A DNA stretch of 64,000 nt from Macrostomum lignano (Eukaryota): positions 187,230-251,229 of the forward strand of contig NIVC01000077.1 in NCBI GenBank assembly GCA_002269645.1. The letters are read 5' to 3'. Positions 19,085 to 31,072 of the stretch are shown one piece after another. The first letter of the stretch is position 1. Every line of letters starts with the position of its first letter. The notes under the pieces are model-generated. The model did not search any database. It was not told where the DNA came from and was given only the letters and a program-made list of their open reading frames with translations. Position numbers and translations under genes: made by a program.

Positions 19085-19651
19085 TCAGTGGCGGCGGTCC
19101 TGCTTCGCCGGCCGGCCTCGGCGAGCAGGGGCGTTCGGATCTGACGGCGGCGAGCTTGCGACGCGTGCCTGCTGGCTCAGCTGGAGATTGAGCAGCTGCA
19201 GGCGCTGCCCGTCAAAAAAGAGCCGCTCCGGGCGCCTCTCGATGGCGACCTCCCAGAAGTGGCGAACTTCGGGCAGCCATCCGCTCTGGAGGTGGCCCGC
19301 CTCCCAGTACGCCAGAACAATGAATAAGGCGAGGGCAGGCCGAGGCCGTCCGCCTTCGCGGAAGCAGGTATCAGCGCGCCGCAGCGTTTCATCGAGAAGC
19401 TCCCGCGTGGTCGTGGGCGGCATCTCGCGGCAGAGTGTCCGCCATGGGGCGTCCACTTGAACGCGGCCCTTGTCGGCCGCCTGGTGGTAGGCCTCGTTGA
19501 GCGCGCGGCGAAGCTGTTCACGGGCCGGGGCCGCACCGCTCGGGGCATAAGCCAAGGCTCGCAAGGTGTCTGACTCGCTCGACGATAGCCAGGGCGCTTG
19601 CAAAAGGAGGTCCGGCGAGGCACCAGCGCTGTCGGTCCCGTTGTTTGCCAT
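19085..19651 (-). CDS. Extra ORF3 of the Gypsy element, unknown function
   Basis: 188-aa ATG-initiated, GC-rich ORF (MANNGTDSAG...) ending about 50 bp before the 3' LTR; no signal peptide or TM segment typical of Env. Confidence 0.6.
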   Translation of the reverse strand: MANNGTDSAGASPDLLLQAPWLSSSESDTLRALAYAPSGAAPAREQLRRALNEAYHQAADKGRVQVDAPWRTLCREMPPTTTRELLDETLRRADTCFREGGRPRPALALFIVLAYWEAGHLQSGWLPEVRHFWEVAIERRPERLFFDGQRLQLLNLQLSQQARVASSPPSDPNAPARRGRPAKQDRRH

Positions 19652-20574
19652 ATTCGAAGCGGCGGAGCGTGATGCGACAGTCCGAAATATTCAGTCGGCA
19701 GGTCGGATCAACAGAATTGGAGAAAATAAAATTGAAGATGGCTCCTTAAATAGGGCGCAAAATATTCCAACTGGTGGAATTCCAAACCAACCAGAGGAAA
19801 TAAAATTCAACCACTGGAATTGAGCCATCACCCCCGTGCACTCTAAGGTGGCACACAGAGTTGGGGTGGGCGCATGAATCAAGGAGTCATAAAATAGATA
19901 ACCGCGCGGCAGGGGTCCAAAATCAGAATGAATGAATGGGGGCGCCTCACACGGCTCACAAACAGGTTGGCGGTTAGAGAGAGGGGGGGCTGAACAATCG
20001 CATAAACAGTAGTTTAGAAAATAGTAAGAACATAGGTAGTTCCTAAAAATTAGAATAGCAGATAGATACAGGCATAGTGACCGAGTTAGAATTTGGGATC
20101 TCCATAAGGAGTTACACAAAACGGCAAAAGGCACTGGGAAGGGGCTGGACAGGCGCCCTTACAAATTTTCCCAGGCTCGGCTCGGTCAGAACAAAGAAAA
20201 TGGGGGCCGTTCACCTCAGATGCCCTCCGCTGAGGACAAGGCCTAGAGCCAGGGTGGCTAGACCTGAGCGGGGCAAACGACTGGGACACCAGAGCAACAT
20301 TGGCTTGCAAAATTAAAAGATACCTTCAGCCACAAGCAAGGACTGCAAGGTTACAACTGAAATAAACTTCGCAAAGTTAATGACACGCAATTGAGCAAAT
20401 TAATGAATCGCATGCGGATAAATAATTGTCGCGTAGGTGCTGGCTTTTCCCATCAAGCCTAAGGCTAAATATCAGAGCGCAGAAGTGCGGGTCGCGTTGA
20501 ATAAATATGAGCACCAATTGAGCAAGAGCACAATGTACAAAGGCTTTTGACCGGAAAGCGTAAGGAGCAGAAAT

Positions 20575-21010
20575 TGGAAAAATTAGTTGCTTTTGCCCTC
20601 AAGCATAAGGAAAGTACAGAAAATTAGTTGCCTTTGCCCTCAAGCATAAGGAAAGTACATTGAGAAACACTGCTCCTGCCATCAAGCAAAAGGAAACGGA
20701 CAGAAAAATTAGTTGCTTTTATCCCTCAAGCATAAGGAAAGTACAGAAAATTAGTTGCTTTTGCCCTCAAGCATAAGGAAAGTACAGAAAATAGTTGCTT
20801 TTGCCCTCAAGCATAAGGAAAGTACAGAAATTAATTGCTTTTGCCCTCAAGCATAAGGAAAGTACAGAAATGAGTTGCTTTTATCCCTCAAGCATAAGGA
20901 AAGTACAGAAAATTAGTTGCAAAACTAACGCTTGCTTTTATCCCGAAAGCATAAGGAGAGCAAAATTACAGCAAATTTGACGCCTGCTTTTATCCCGAAA
21001 GCATAAGGAG
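20575..21010. repeat. Tandem array of ~41-42-bp units inside the Gypsy element
   Basis: Repeats of AATTAGTTGCTTTTGCCCTCAAGCATAAGGAAAGTACAGAA, diverging at both ends. Confidence 0.9.
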
Positions 21011-21177
21011 AACAAAATTTGAAGGAATATTGAAAGTTGCTTTCAGCACAGAAAAGGTGCAGAGAAAGCTTACAGCGAAATTTAATTCAGAACGCGTTCA
21101 CAAACTTAACTACTCGTAGTAATGCGCAACGGTAATTTAACTATTAGGCGCAATAATATATCGCTGGTAATTACCTT

Positions 21178-24100
21178 TTAGAGCTCCATCTCCATGCCGA
21201 TGTCAGGCAAGTCCGGGTCGCCTTCGGCAAGCACCTCCGGGTGGCGCAAGCTGGGCTCGAACAGCTGACTGCCTCGCAGGTCAGGCTGAACTGTGGCCGG
21301 CTGCTCTGGCGCGGGCTGATCGGCTGGGTCGACTTCGCTGTCTTCGCTCGACTCATAGGGCAGCATTGGCCGCTCTGTCTGGCGCGGCGGCTCCTGTGGT
21401 CGATCTGCCATCATCTGCGGCACCTTGATGATGTTGTTACGATGAACTAGCATTTCAGCTGGGCGTCCACGGCGGGCTGTCGCTGGCTTGATCCAATACG
21501 CCACTTCTCCGACTTTCCTGGCGACCTTGTACATACTCTTGTACGGCCGGTGGAACTTGGGCAGCTCTCCCAGTTCGAGCTTCGGGTTGGCCAGGCAGAC
21601 CAAGTCTCCGGGCTGCAGCTCCACGGGCTTTGGCCGGTTCTCGTAGTACTCCTCTCGGCGCTGGATCTCGGTTCTCAGTCGCTGTCGCACAATTCGTTCT
21701 GTCTCGGCCAGTCTGCGCTGATGTTTGGCAATGTACTCCGGGAGGTCAGCTGATACATCCAGTCGGTCTAGGGTGTTATCGATCGGATACCGGTAGGGCA
21801 CTCCGTAGATGACATAATGCGGCGAGAACCCGGTTGTACGATTGACTGCTGATCTTAGAGCTGTTAAAGCAGCTGGCAACATCTTGTCCCATTGCTGATG
21901 GTCTTCTAGGAGACAGGTGAGCACCTTCTTGATGTTCTTATTGCACGACTCAGCTTGTCCATTGGCCCATGGCGAATACGGCGGCGTCGTGGTCTGCCGG
22001 ATGCCGTAAACTTCGCAGAAGTGCCGGAACTCGTGTCCTGTGAACTGTTTCCCTTGATCGGAGTGAATCCATGCCGGGATTCCGGTGATCGGAAACACTT
22101 GTTCCTGCAGGAGCGTTATAATGGTCTTGGCCCGCTGATTCTTCATGGCGAAAGCGAAGGGGTATTTCGACGTAGTGTCGACGTAGGTCAAGATGCACTT
22201 GTTTCCTCGGTCCGTCGGGTCTCCAGTGGGGCCCAGGATGTCGATCGCACATCGCCCATAGATTTCACAGACCGGAAACGATTGTACATGCGCCGGAATT
22301 CGTCGCCGTCCTTTGCTCTGAGTGCAGGTCTGGCAGGAAGCGACATAGTCGGACACTGCCTTGGCCAGGGCAGGTCGCCAGAACCTTTCGCGCACCTTCG
22401 CGATGGTGAGGTCTCGGCCCATGTGTCCGCAGTAGGGTGAACCGTGGAGGTCGGCGAACACCGTGGCGTCGAGGCTCTTCGGCAGGACGATCCGCGCCGT
22501 TTCCTCCTCGCCAAGATCGTCGAAATGAATTACCAGTAGTCCATCATCTCGGACTTCGAGCTGCTCGTAGAACGCTAGTAAGTTTCGTTCGTCTCGTGTC
22601 ATATTCAAACGCTGATTCAGCGGCGGCTTCGGCTGTCGGCTTTCCAAAAGGTTGATCATCATGGCGATGGCAGAGTCAGCACGCTGGTGAGTCTGGAGCT
22701 CCTCACGTGTGACTGGCCTCGGGATGTGATCAGTTAGATTCAATGATGAACGTCGATTAGTCAAATTAGTCGGCGCGGCTTCGGCTGTGGCGGCATGGTT
22801 CGGGGTCTGGAGCTCCCTCCGCACGATCGCTACTCTGGCCGGTTGCCGGGTCGTTGATGTGCCCGAAGGTCGATCCTCGTCGGTAGCTTCGGCGTCACTA
22901 TTGTCGGATTCAGATCGGTCAGCAGTTGATGATGAGTCAGCAGAGCTGTCCGCGTCGCTGCTGAATCTCACCTTCTTCTCAAACTTCGGGCAGCGAGCGA
23001 GTTGGCAGCTGTCCTCTCTGGCTGCGCTGTGGTCGCTGTCCGTGCCGTCTCCAGCTAGTAGTCGGCGGCTCCTTGACGGGCAACATGTCGTGCTACTAAA
23101 ACCGGTAGGCGACCTCTGCGAGTCATCGTAACGGCTGGCTGATGGCCTCGGTTTCGTCGCCGGCGGGTGCAGCTCTGTCAGCGGCTTGCTGTCGGCTGTA
23201 GGTGTTGCTGGCGGCGTAGCCTCGCCGTTGGACTCCTTCGGCTTAGTCGGCGGTTTCCGTCGCTTACGGCGGGTCGACGGCTTCTTGCTCGGTGGAGGAC
23301 TAGGGTGGCTGCTGTCGTGGACCTTCGGCGCCGCTGCGCCAGTTATCGCGGCTGGCTGCTTACTTTGGTCCTCATCAGCTGCCTCGCGCTGAGCCTCCTC
23401 CAAGCATTCGGCGTCGTCCTCCGGCCGTCTCGAGAGACCGTCGGCGTTTTGATGCTGACTCGATTTGCGATGCTGGATCTCGAACTCAAATTCACTTAGC
23501 CGCTGTAGCCATCGTCCAAAGATGCCTACTTGTTGAGTTCGCCGGAGAATCCAGGTCAACGCTGCATGGTCGGTTCGACAAATGAACTTCTTGGCCAGCA
23601 GGTAGAAGCGGAAGTGTCGCATGCCATCTACGACTGCCAAGAGTTCTTGCTTAGTAATTGGATATCGGGCTTCAGCCGGTTTAAGTCGTCGGGAGAAATA
23701 GCCGATTGGGCGCTCGATCCCGTCAGCTTGGCGTTGGCTCAGGCAGGCTCCGATTCTGGTCGCAGAAGCATCCGTGTCCAGGATAAACATTACTTCCGGA
23801 TCCTCGCTGAACTGCGGATACGCGAGCACTGATGTCGAAGTCATGGCCGCTTTGAGCTGATCGAACGCGTCTTGCTGGGCTTTTCCCCATAGACAATTGA
23901 AATTTCTAATCTTCTTTTCCTTGATCAAGTCGTGGAGCGGAGCTGCAAGTTCTGCATAGCCAGGTACAAATTTTGCATAGTAAGCGCACGTGCAGACAAA
24001 ACTTTTAAGTTGTCGAGCTGTTCTTGGTCTTGGCCAGGTCTGAATAGCCTCGATCTTCGCCGGATCGGTCTTGATGCCGTCCTTAGTAACTACATGTCCC

Positions 24101-25765
24101 AGATAGTTTAGACTTGCCCGAAATAAATGGCACTTCCTGCCTTTGAACTTTAAGTTGGCCTCTTGAATTCGCTTAAATACTTCCTCCATATGCAGTAGAT
24201 GGTCATTAAATTTCTTAGAATAGACGATTACGTCATCCAGATAGGCTATTGCACTTTTGTAGGCGATCCCGTTGAGCACAGCGTTCATGAGGCGCATGAA
24301 GCTGGCTGGCGCCGAACTTAATCCCATAGGCATCACATTGTAGGCGAATTGTCCGCGGTGCAGCGTGGCAAAGGCCGTCAGATCTTGATCCTCTGGACGC
24401 AGTGGAATCTGATAGTAGCCGCTGTTCAAGTCGAACGTGCTGAATAGCTGGCTTCCTTCGAGGCTAGCGAACGCTTCCTGGATGTTCGGTATCGGGTACG
24501 GAAAGTACTCGCACTTTTGGTTCAGACTCCTGAAGTCTTGTACAATTCTCAGGCTGCCGTCCTTCTTCGGGATGATCACCAGCGGGGTGTTGTAGCTGGA
24601 GAAACTCGGTCTAATCACGCCTTTGGCAAGCAGATCGTCAAGCAGCTGGTCCACCTTGGGCAGCAAATGCGGCGGAATCCTTCGGGTCGGCAGATGTACA
24701 GGATCCTTGTCCTTCAACACGATGTTGTGGGTGACCAGGTGGGTTCGGCCGAGATCGTGTGGTCCCTGCGAGAAGATGGTCTTGTACTTCTTCAATAGCT
24801 CGATGACTTGAGTGCGCTGGTCATTGGACAAGTCCTCGCCGATGTCGATCTCTTTGATCCAAGCGTCAGGATCTTCGTCTTGAACTTGATTAACTGAAGC
24901 TTCTGGCTTCGGCAGCGGAAAGAATTGTAACTCGGGCAGTCTGATTGGTCTCGCTATCCCGACTAGGGCATTCGCTCGCACTTTGATGGATGTAGTGCCT
25001 CGATTGATCATTTCAATGGCGCCTTCTCCATTGGCCATAGATATTAGGGCAGGCGCGGCGTCCAGTTGCTGCACATCTTCTTCACGCCGAGCCGGTTTTA
25101 GCGGCTCGATCACAGCGGGTGTGCCCTGGTTTTCTTCTCGTCCTTTTGCTAGTTTAATCTTGATTCGGGCTGATGATAACGGCGGCACGGTTGTGCTCTC
25201 AGCCGTGTAGATTCTGCACGTAGTAGCTTCGGTTCGCGTATAGCGCAGTGGTGCGGCAGTGCCATCCTTGAAAAACAGCATCCCGGCGGCGAGTCCAGTG
25301 ATGTACTGTACTTCTCCAGGAACTCGAAGCCCAGGATGTTGTCATGAGATCCCTTCGCTAGCAGGAACTTGACTGTAGGCTCGAAACTCCAATTTTAACT
25401 TTGATTGATAGTTGGCCTGCCATTTGAATAGGCTCTCCATTGTAGGTCACAATGCGTTGCAGGCAGGGCTCGATTTGGCCACGCAGGGTCGGGTCATCGG
25501 TACATAGTCGGTGCCAGGTGCTGAATCCTAGGACTTCGCACTTGGAGCCGGTGTCAAGCAGAAAAGCAAAATAACGACCCTGAATCTCACCAGTTAGAAA
25601 CGGATCCCTTCGGGGTCGCTTGGGTGCAGAGTTATGTACAGGTGCAGCGGAGGCGGTCTCAGCAGTGGCCTGCTGAGCGACTAAAGTCCTCGGCGGGGAC
25701 CTTAGTGCTGGCTCGGCTGCTGGATGGCGCTGCCCCCGTTGGCGCGTCCAGCCGTCCCGTTTCCC
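21178..25765 (-). CDS. Gypsy Pol (protease-RT-RNase H-integrase), with two apparent 1-nt deletions near 25385 and 25293
   Basis: Protease LLDTGS, RT YLDD, RNase H ILDTDAS, integrase HxxxxxGH...CxxC plus AIDILG / HSDQG / QAES. Adding one base in a short run at each site fuses the track ORFs 25358..25816 and 21178..25281. Confidence 0.9.
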
Positions 25766-27105
25766 GAGCTGCCATTGCGCTGGGGCGCGGTGCTGGCCGA
25801 CCGCCGGTGCGGGCACTCATCGGCGCGGTGCTCGCAATTGCACCTGTAACACATAGCGCTCTGTCGCCGCAGCTGATAGGGCGGCGGGCGTGAACCCGAC
25901 TGTTGCTGCCGCTGCGGCTGCTGCTGCTGCTGCTGTCTACGTTGACCTCCTGCTGGCGGCGTCCTTGGCGGCGGGTTGCTGCCGTCTCGTGGTTGCTGAA
26001 GTCGATGGAACTGCTCGTGCTGCACAATCCGTGTGCCGGGTGTCTTGAATTGGGCGCTCTCATCGGCGCTGCGGCGAGGAGTCGAGGGCACCATACATCT
26101 GTTGCGTTGGCCCCAAGAGTCCTGCGGCTGGTGGCGAGCAGATTCCCAATGCTCCTGGGTGTCGTTATTGCGCGATCCCAGCGAGTGGAACTCTCGCAGC
26201 TCATTGCTCAAAGCTTCTAGTAGACGTCGCTGCTCTTGCAGTGTCTCAGTTTGCTGTTCCATCACTTCACGCAACCAATTCTCCTCGGGCCGAGATGACT
26301 TGTCGTGTTGCACTCCAGTTGGTGACTGACCATTGTCATCCTCGAGGACCCGGACATGTCTCGCTGCTGGCGGCGGTGCTACCCTCTGAGCCAGGCTAGC
26401 TGCTGTCTCCAGGCGTAGCACAGCCCTTCTCGCTGCGGTCAGATTCTGCGGTCGCACCAGGATTAGCTGTTCTCTGGCTGACTGGGCAATTCGCACTCCC
26501 ACGGTGAACTGGTCCACTAGTTCGGCCTGCTTCTGAACCGGGGTGAAGTGCGGGAACGCTCTATCGGCCAGAGCAATTAATCGATCGCCGTAGTCATCCA
26601 CACTCTCATTCTTGCCTTGCTGGCAGCACCGGAATTGCTCACGGTACTCCAGCGTGTCGGCCACGTGCGTGAAGCGCTCGGACAATCTCTGCTTGAATTC
26701 GCCAAACGTCAGATTGTCCGGCAGTTCCATCCTGACGACTGCGGGATAGGTTGTGGCGATGTCCAAATTCACTAGGACTTCCGCCTTCTTACGTCTGTCG
26801 TCCACGATCCCGTTGAGTTCGCAACGCTCCTCGAGAGCTTGGATCCAGACGTCAAAGTCCTGGTTCGGGGTGTACCGCTGAATCTTGACCGGTTTCGGCG
26901 CCGGAGCTCGGTCAGGCTGTTGGGGCGGCTGATACACGTGGTGATGGTGCTGCGGCTGTCCCAAGTTGGCCTGCTCCAGTCGCCGTCTCACCTCTTCGGT
27001 CACTGCTCGAATCATCTCGTCGTAGGTCGGCCTAGTAGTTGAGTTGTCGGGGCCCGCGGTGTCGGCTGTCGCATCCGCGGCCGTTGAGTTAGTTGTCGAA
27101 GCCAT
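25702..27105 (-). CDS. Gypsy Gag
   Basis: ATG at 27105 (MASTTNS...), capsid-like RYTPNQDFDVWIQALE...QGKNESVDDYGDRL, zinc knuckle CYRCNCEHRADEC. Confidence 0.88.
   Translation of the reverse strand: MASTTNSTAADATADTAGPDNSTTRPTYDEMIRAVTEEVRRRLEQANLGQPQHHHHVYQPPQQPDRAPAPKPVKIQRYTPNQDFDVWIQALEERCELNGIVDDRRKKAEVLVNLDIATTYPAVVRMELPDNLTFGEFKQRLSERFTHVADTLEYREQFRCCQQGKNESVDDYGDRLIALADRAFPHFTPVQKQAELVDQFTVGVRIAQSAREQLILVRPQNLTAARRAVLRLETAASLAQRVAPPPAARHVRVLEDDNGQSPTGVQHDKSSRPEENWLREVMEQQTETLQEQRRLLEALSNELREFHSLGSRNNDTQEHWESARHQPQDSWGQRNRCMVPSTPRRSADESAQFKTPGTRIVQHEQFHRLQQPRDGSNPPPRTPPAGGQRRQQQQQQPQRQQQSGSRPPPYQLRRQSAMCYRCNCEHRADECPHRRSASTAPQRNGSSGNGTAGRANGGSAIQQPSQH
25759..25765 (-). promoter_or_regulatory. 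-1 programmed ribosomal frameshift slippery site G GGA AAC
   Basis: In Gag frame it reads TCG GGA AAC; the -1 frame is the protease frame (GKRDGW...). It is followed 5 nt later by a GCTGGA...TCCAGC stem. Confidence 0.75.
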
Positions 27106-27154
27106 GACGTAAATTTTGAACGACTCGTTGAAAGGATTTCGGCGTTTCGTTATC

Positions 27155-27172
27155 CCACTTAGCTGACCACCA
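27155..27172 (-). promoter_or_regulatory. Primer-binding site
   Basis: TGGTGGTCAGCT... begins 1 nt inside the 5' LTR boundary on the minus strand, complementary to a tRNA CCA end. The priming tRNA was not identified. Confidence 0.7.
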
Positions 27173-27173
27173 A

Positions 27174-28176
27174 TGAGGTGGGGGTGGAGAAGAATTTTCT
27201 TGGAAACTCTCGGTTTCAAAAATTTGCTGACACCAGTGAGGTGGGGCGGATTCCTCGTTTGAATTGCCGCCTGCGTTGTAGAAGCACGAATAAAGCCGGA
27301 AAAATGCACAAATTGATGCGTTGATTCTTCTCCTAGGTTACTCCGTCTGCCGGGTCCTCAATTCCGGGGGGAGGGTAGTCGTAATCGCAGTCGAGCGGTC
27401 TAGTAGCGGCCCGGGTCGTTCAAATTAGGTCCTCAGACACCGTAAACTCGTAGTTCGTCGAATATGCTCGTTTGGTTACTAACAGTAGTAAAGTAGCGCT
27501 GCCACCACCGTAAATGTCGTTTTACGGAACGTTTAGGGTCTCAGAGCTTTCTTTGAGATGAGACTGATTGGTTATTTTACGCCCCGCGGGCAAATGACTC
27601 AATAGAAACTAAAGGCTTCGATTCTGAACAACTGAATGAATATTAAATGTTGGCGAACTGTATTAATTATGGTTGCGTTATTATTATTGTTATCATTACT
27701 TATTGTTACTACGCGAGATGATCAGAGACAGGAACAGAAGAAAAGGCGAAATTAAGAACTAAAACTAACTAAACTAAAACAAACAGTACAACACACACAC
27801 ACTAAAACTAACAAACAAAAGAAAAAACTAAAAAAACAAAACTAAAGGAAAAATGACTCCAGAGAAGACTCAAATAAATAACATTTTGGCGGGAAGGATC
27901 CCAGGGGTGGGACGAAGGATGGGACAAGGGAAGGGACAACGAAAGGAAAAAGGAAAACCCGGCCGCTGGAAACATTAAAACAACAGGGGCCAAGGGAGGG
28001 AACAGAAAAGGGAACAGACGAGGGAGCAAGGGCGGGAACAACCGGGGGAACAAACCAGGGAACAAAAATTGAAAAAAAATGACGTCAATCCGTCCGTGGA
28101 ACTGGGTGGAATGTCCCGCCGGTGTTCGCGCTAGAGGCCTGCCGTCGTTCTCCCAGTGGTAGACCGGCCTACCACA
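27174..28176 (-). repeat. 5' LTR of the Gypsy element
   Basis: Direct repeat of 18031-19032. Confidence 0.95.
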
Positions 28177-28789
28177 ATTGTATCTGCCTAGCACTCTCTA
28201 GTTTGTATGTATGCTTAGCCTTGGCTTCTTAAGAAAAGAAATATACATGGCTAAATGTTTGAAACCTATGGAATAGTGAGTAGGCCTACTTGGATAAGAT
28301 ATGGAAGGAAATATCCCGCAGTAATGCAGTTACCCTAGATATTGCAAGCCTTTCAATAAGCACTTAATTGTCAATTATTAGCTTTAGCTCAATCAAAATA
28401 TCCTCTGACTTATTTAATTTCTACAATATGGCACCCAAACTAAATTCTAAAACCACATTAAAGTGAAATCAGGTAAAGTGGCTCACTTAATAAAAAGTAG
28501 ATAAAATGATAAATAAAGTTCAATATTGACATTAAGTATTAGTTACTTATTTGAGTTGCCAATGCATTTCGTCTAATATTAGATATCCTTAGGGTCGAAA
28601 TTTATTTGAACCAAATTGCAAAAATTAGGCCTATATATAGTGAGTGGAGAAAAGTATAAATTTATAAAAATATATAATTTTGATAGTTTAAAAGCTTGTA
28701 CATATTAATTGAAAATAGAAGCCTTATTAGTATGGGGAGAGTACATGTCGGTTTCATTCCAGTCTGGTTGTTAGCAAGGTTAACTAAAA

Positions 28790-29720
28790 TATTTAGAATT
28801 GACAGCTAGCCCCACCTATTGCAAGTTGATTATTTAACATGGGCTATCTCATTTTAATGTACAGGGCTTTTAAAAGTAGAGTATATGATCTCTATTGCAA
28901 AAATCAATAGCCTTAATCATCTCGTGTAGGTCAGCATCACAACAACTATTGCAAGTTAACAGGTATTTGTTAATGGCTAAGTTTTTTAGCCAGTGCTTTC
29001 TAGTCTCCAACCCTCGTGTACATGTGTCGTTTAGTTTCCAATATAGAAGATGCTCTGGTTGTCAGAGCAAATAAATTTGTATATGACACTTGCCACAAGA
29101 GGATGAGGAACACTTGATTTAAGCCTGCAGACAAACTTAGCAACCTTTTCAGTGCAAAACACAACATGGATTTGAGTTGTTTAAGTTTTGATAGAATAGT
29201 TTTTCAATCTTCTTTTTGAACTCAATAGATCAAACCCCAAAGAAAGTTAAAATGATCAAAGGACAATCAAAGGTAGATTCACAAACTTTCATCTAAGTAG
29301 GTTCAGTCAGTTTGTCACTAAGAAAAGTGTTAACAATTTTTAATACAAAGTTCCTAGGGTAGCCATTGTAGCTAAGCAAGTTGGTTAGTTGGTAACCAAG
29401 CTAAGCTAAAAACCAGTTAAGAACCTGATTTTGCTAAAAGCCATGACTGAATAGACTGTTATTGACTGAGTGAATGAGTTAAATATATTACAAGTATAAG
29501 GTATTGCAGGCTTTTCAGTGAGTGCTTAATTGTTGATTTTTTCTTGTTAGCTAAATCAATGGCCTTGTTCAATTTCTACAACACAGTGGATGCAAGAAAT
29601 ATAGGACCGCATTTTTATGCCAGGAGAAAAAATGTGTCACTTTTATATGACAATGTCCATTGTGTCATATATGCTGATATGTGCTGAAAACTGGCAAATA
29701 CCATTGTTATATCATGGGAA
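28790..29720 (-). pseudogene. Degenerate Penelope-like element (GIY-YIG endonuclease relic)
   Basis: Hand translation of the minus strand gives KSSVPHPLVASVIYKFICSDNQSIFYIGN*T (about 29030-29150) and LLLKALYIKMR*PMLNNQ (about 28820-28890), both with stops. Confidence 0.5.
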
Positions 29721-31072
29721 ATCCTAGCATACATGTTACTTTCCAAACTATATAGTTAATGTAAAAATCTAAAATATATAACATATATTATATATTAAAT
29801 ATATAATATTAAATTTATATTAAATTTATCTAAATATATAATGATTCCTGAATTTGAATATAAAAATATAAGTTCTAGGCTAGACAGAGGCCTAACTGTA
29901 GTTTAATTTATAATTGAAAATCATATCTTATATAAAGTAGCCTTTATAAGTTCAAATCATACAAATTTCTATTCAAATTCAAATTCTTAATTGGGTAAAA
30001 TAGTTCTTGTGGTTCATAAAGATAAGACTATAGAATTTCTAGAAGCCACATGTGCAGAGGTATAAAAAGGCCATTGACTAATATAAAACAACCTGAATAT
30101 TCAAGTTTTAACTATAGTGCTAGGGCCCATAGTTCTATTGCATATACTTCTAGTACTTCATTTCAGTAAAGGCTTCAAAAACTATAGATCAGTCTGTTTT
30201 ACCTAATAATATGAATAAAAAAATCATAAATTAAAGAGAAAAAGATAGTAAATAAAAGTTTATATGTGCATATTCTATTCATTATACTTATTATAGCTTA
30301 ATATTTTGTTTTACATTTTTTATTTAGTTATAGGCCTACTAAAAAGCTAGGCTGCTATATTTTGCTTCTATTATCTTTATTACTATTATCTTCTATATTT
30401 TTATTATCCATTTTTTAATTCATGAGCTGTTTTAATAATAAAGTTATCCAAATGACAAGACATCAATATAAAGCATCCAATAAGTTGGTTAAAAAGAAGA
30501 AGACAAGCAAGTATATTTTGCCTTCCCTGAAGAAAAGTGTTCACCTAAAAAGGACAAGCAATGGGACTTTGATATCAAAGAATAGTATTCCTGGCAATAT
30601 TGGTCAAAATAAAGTTTCTTTGCTAATGTCTAAGAGCTTCCTTCTTGCCCATGATCATATTCTAATGTAAGTATATTAATTCATTTACATGTGAACTAAG
30701 TTTTTAGTGTTTGAATGAAATCCTGGGTTCAAAGTCATTTTGTGTCATGGAAAATTGTTGCAAAAACGAGCATAGCTCGTATGAAAATGATAAATAATAA
30801 GTTAATCATGCAGTCCATCCTATAGATCTGTTGATGATTCAATTTAGCTTCCACACTCATCTTTACTGATACCTTCAATCTATGGAACTGTTGATGACTC
30901 GTTTTGGTTTTTCTCTCTTATGCAGTACTGTCCAATCTATAGATTTGTTTGATCTTGCCTTCCACTCTTATCTCTTCTTTATACCTAAACTATATGTCTG
31001 TCCTTTTTATTCATAAGACGAAAATGTGAGCATGTCACTAAATTCCTGCTATTACCCACTTATATTTCACAG

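Larger units (their letters stand above)
18031..28176 (-). mobile_element. Full-length Ty3/Gypsy LTR retrotransposon
   Basis: Two ~1-kb near-identical LTRs with TG...CA ends, 4-bp TSD ATTG (18027-30 and 28177-80), and gag followed by PR-RT-RH-IN. Confidence 0.97.

Noticed and set aside
21241-24811. Plus-strand ORFs antisense to Gypsy pol
   Set aside because: Expected by chance in GC-rich coding DNA; no recognisable domains.
30422-30670. 82-aa ORF as a missing NOL6 exon
   Set aside because: No NOL6-like motifs and no convincing splice sites; AT-rich, degraded-repeat context.
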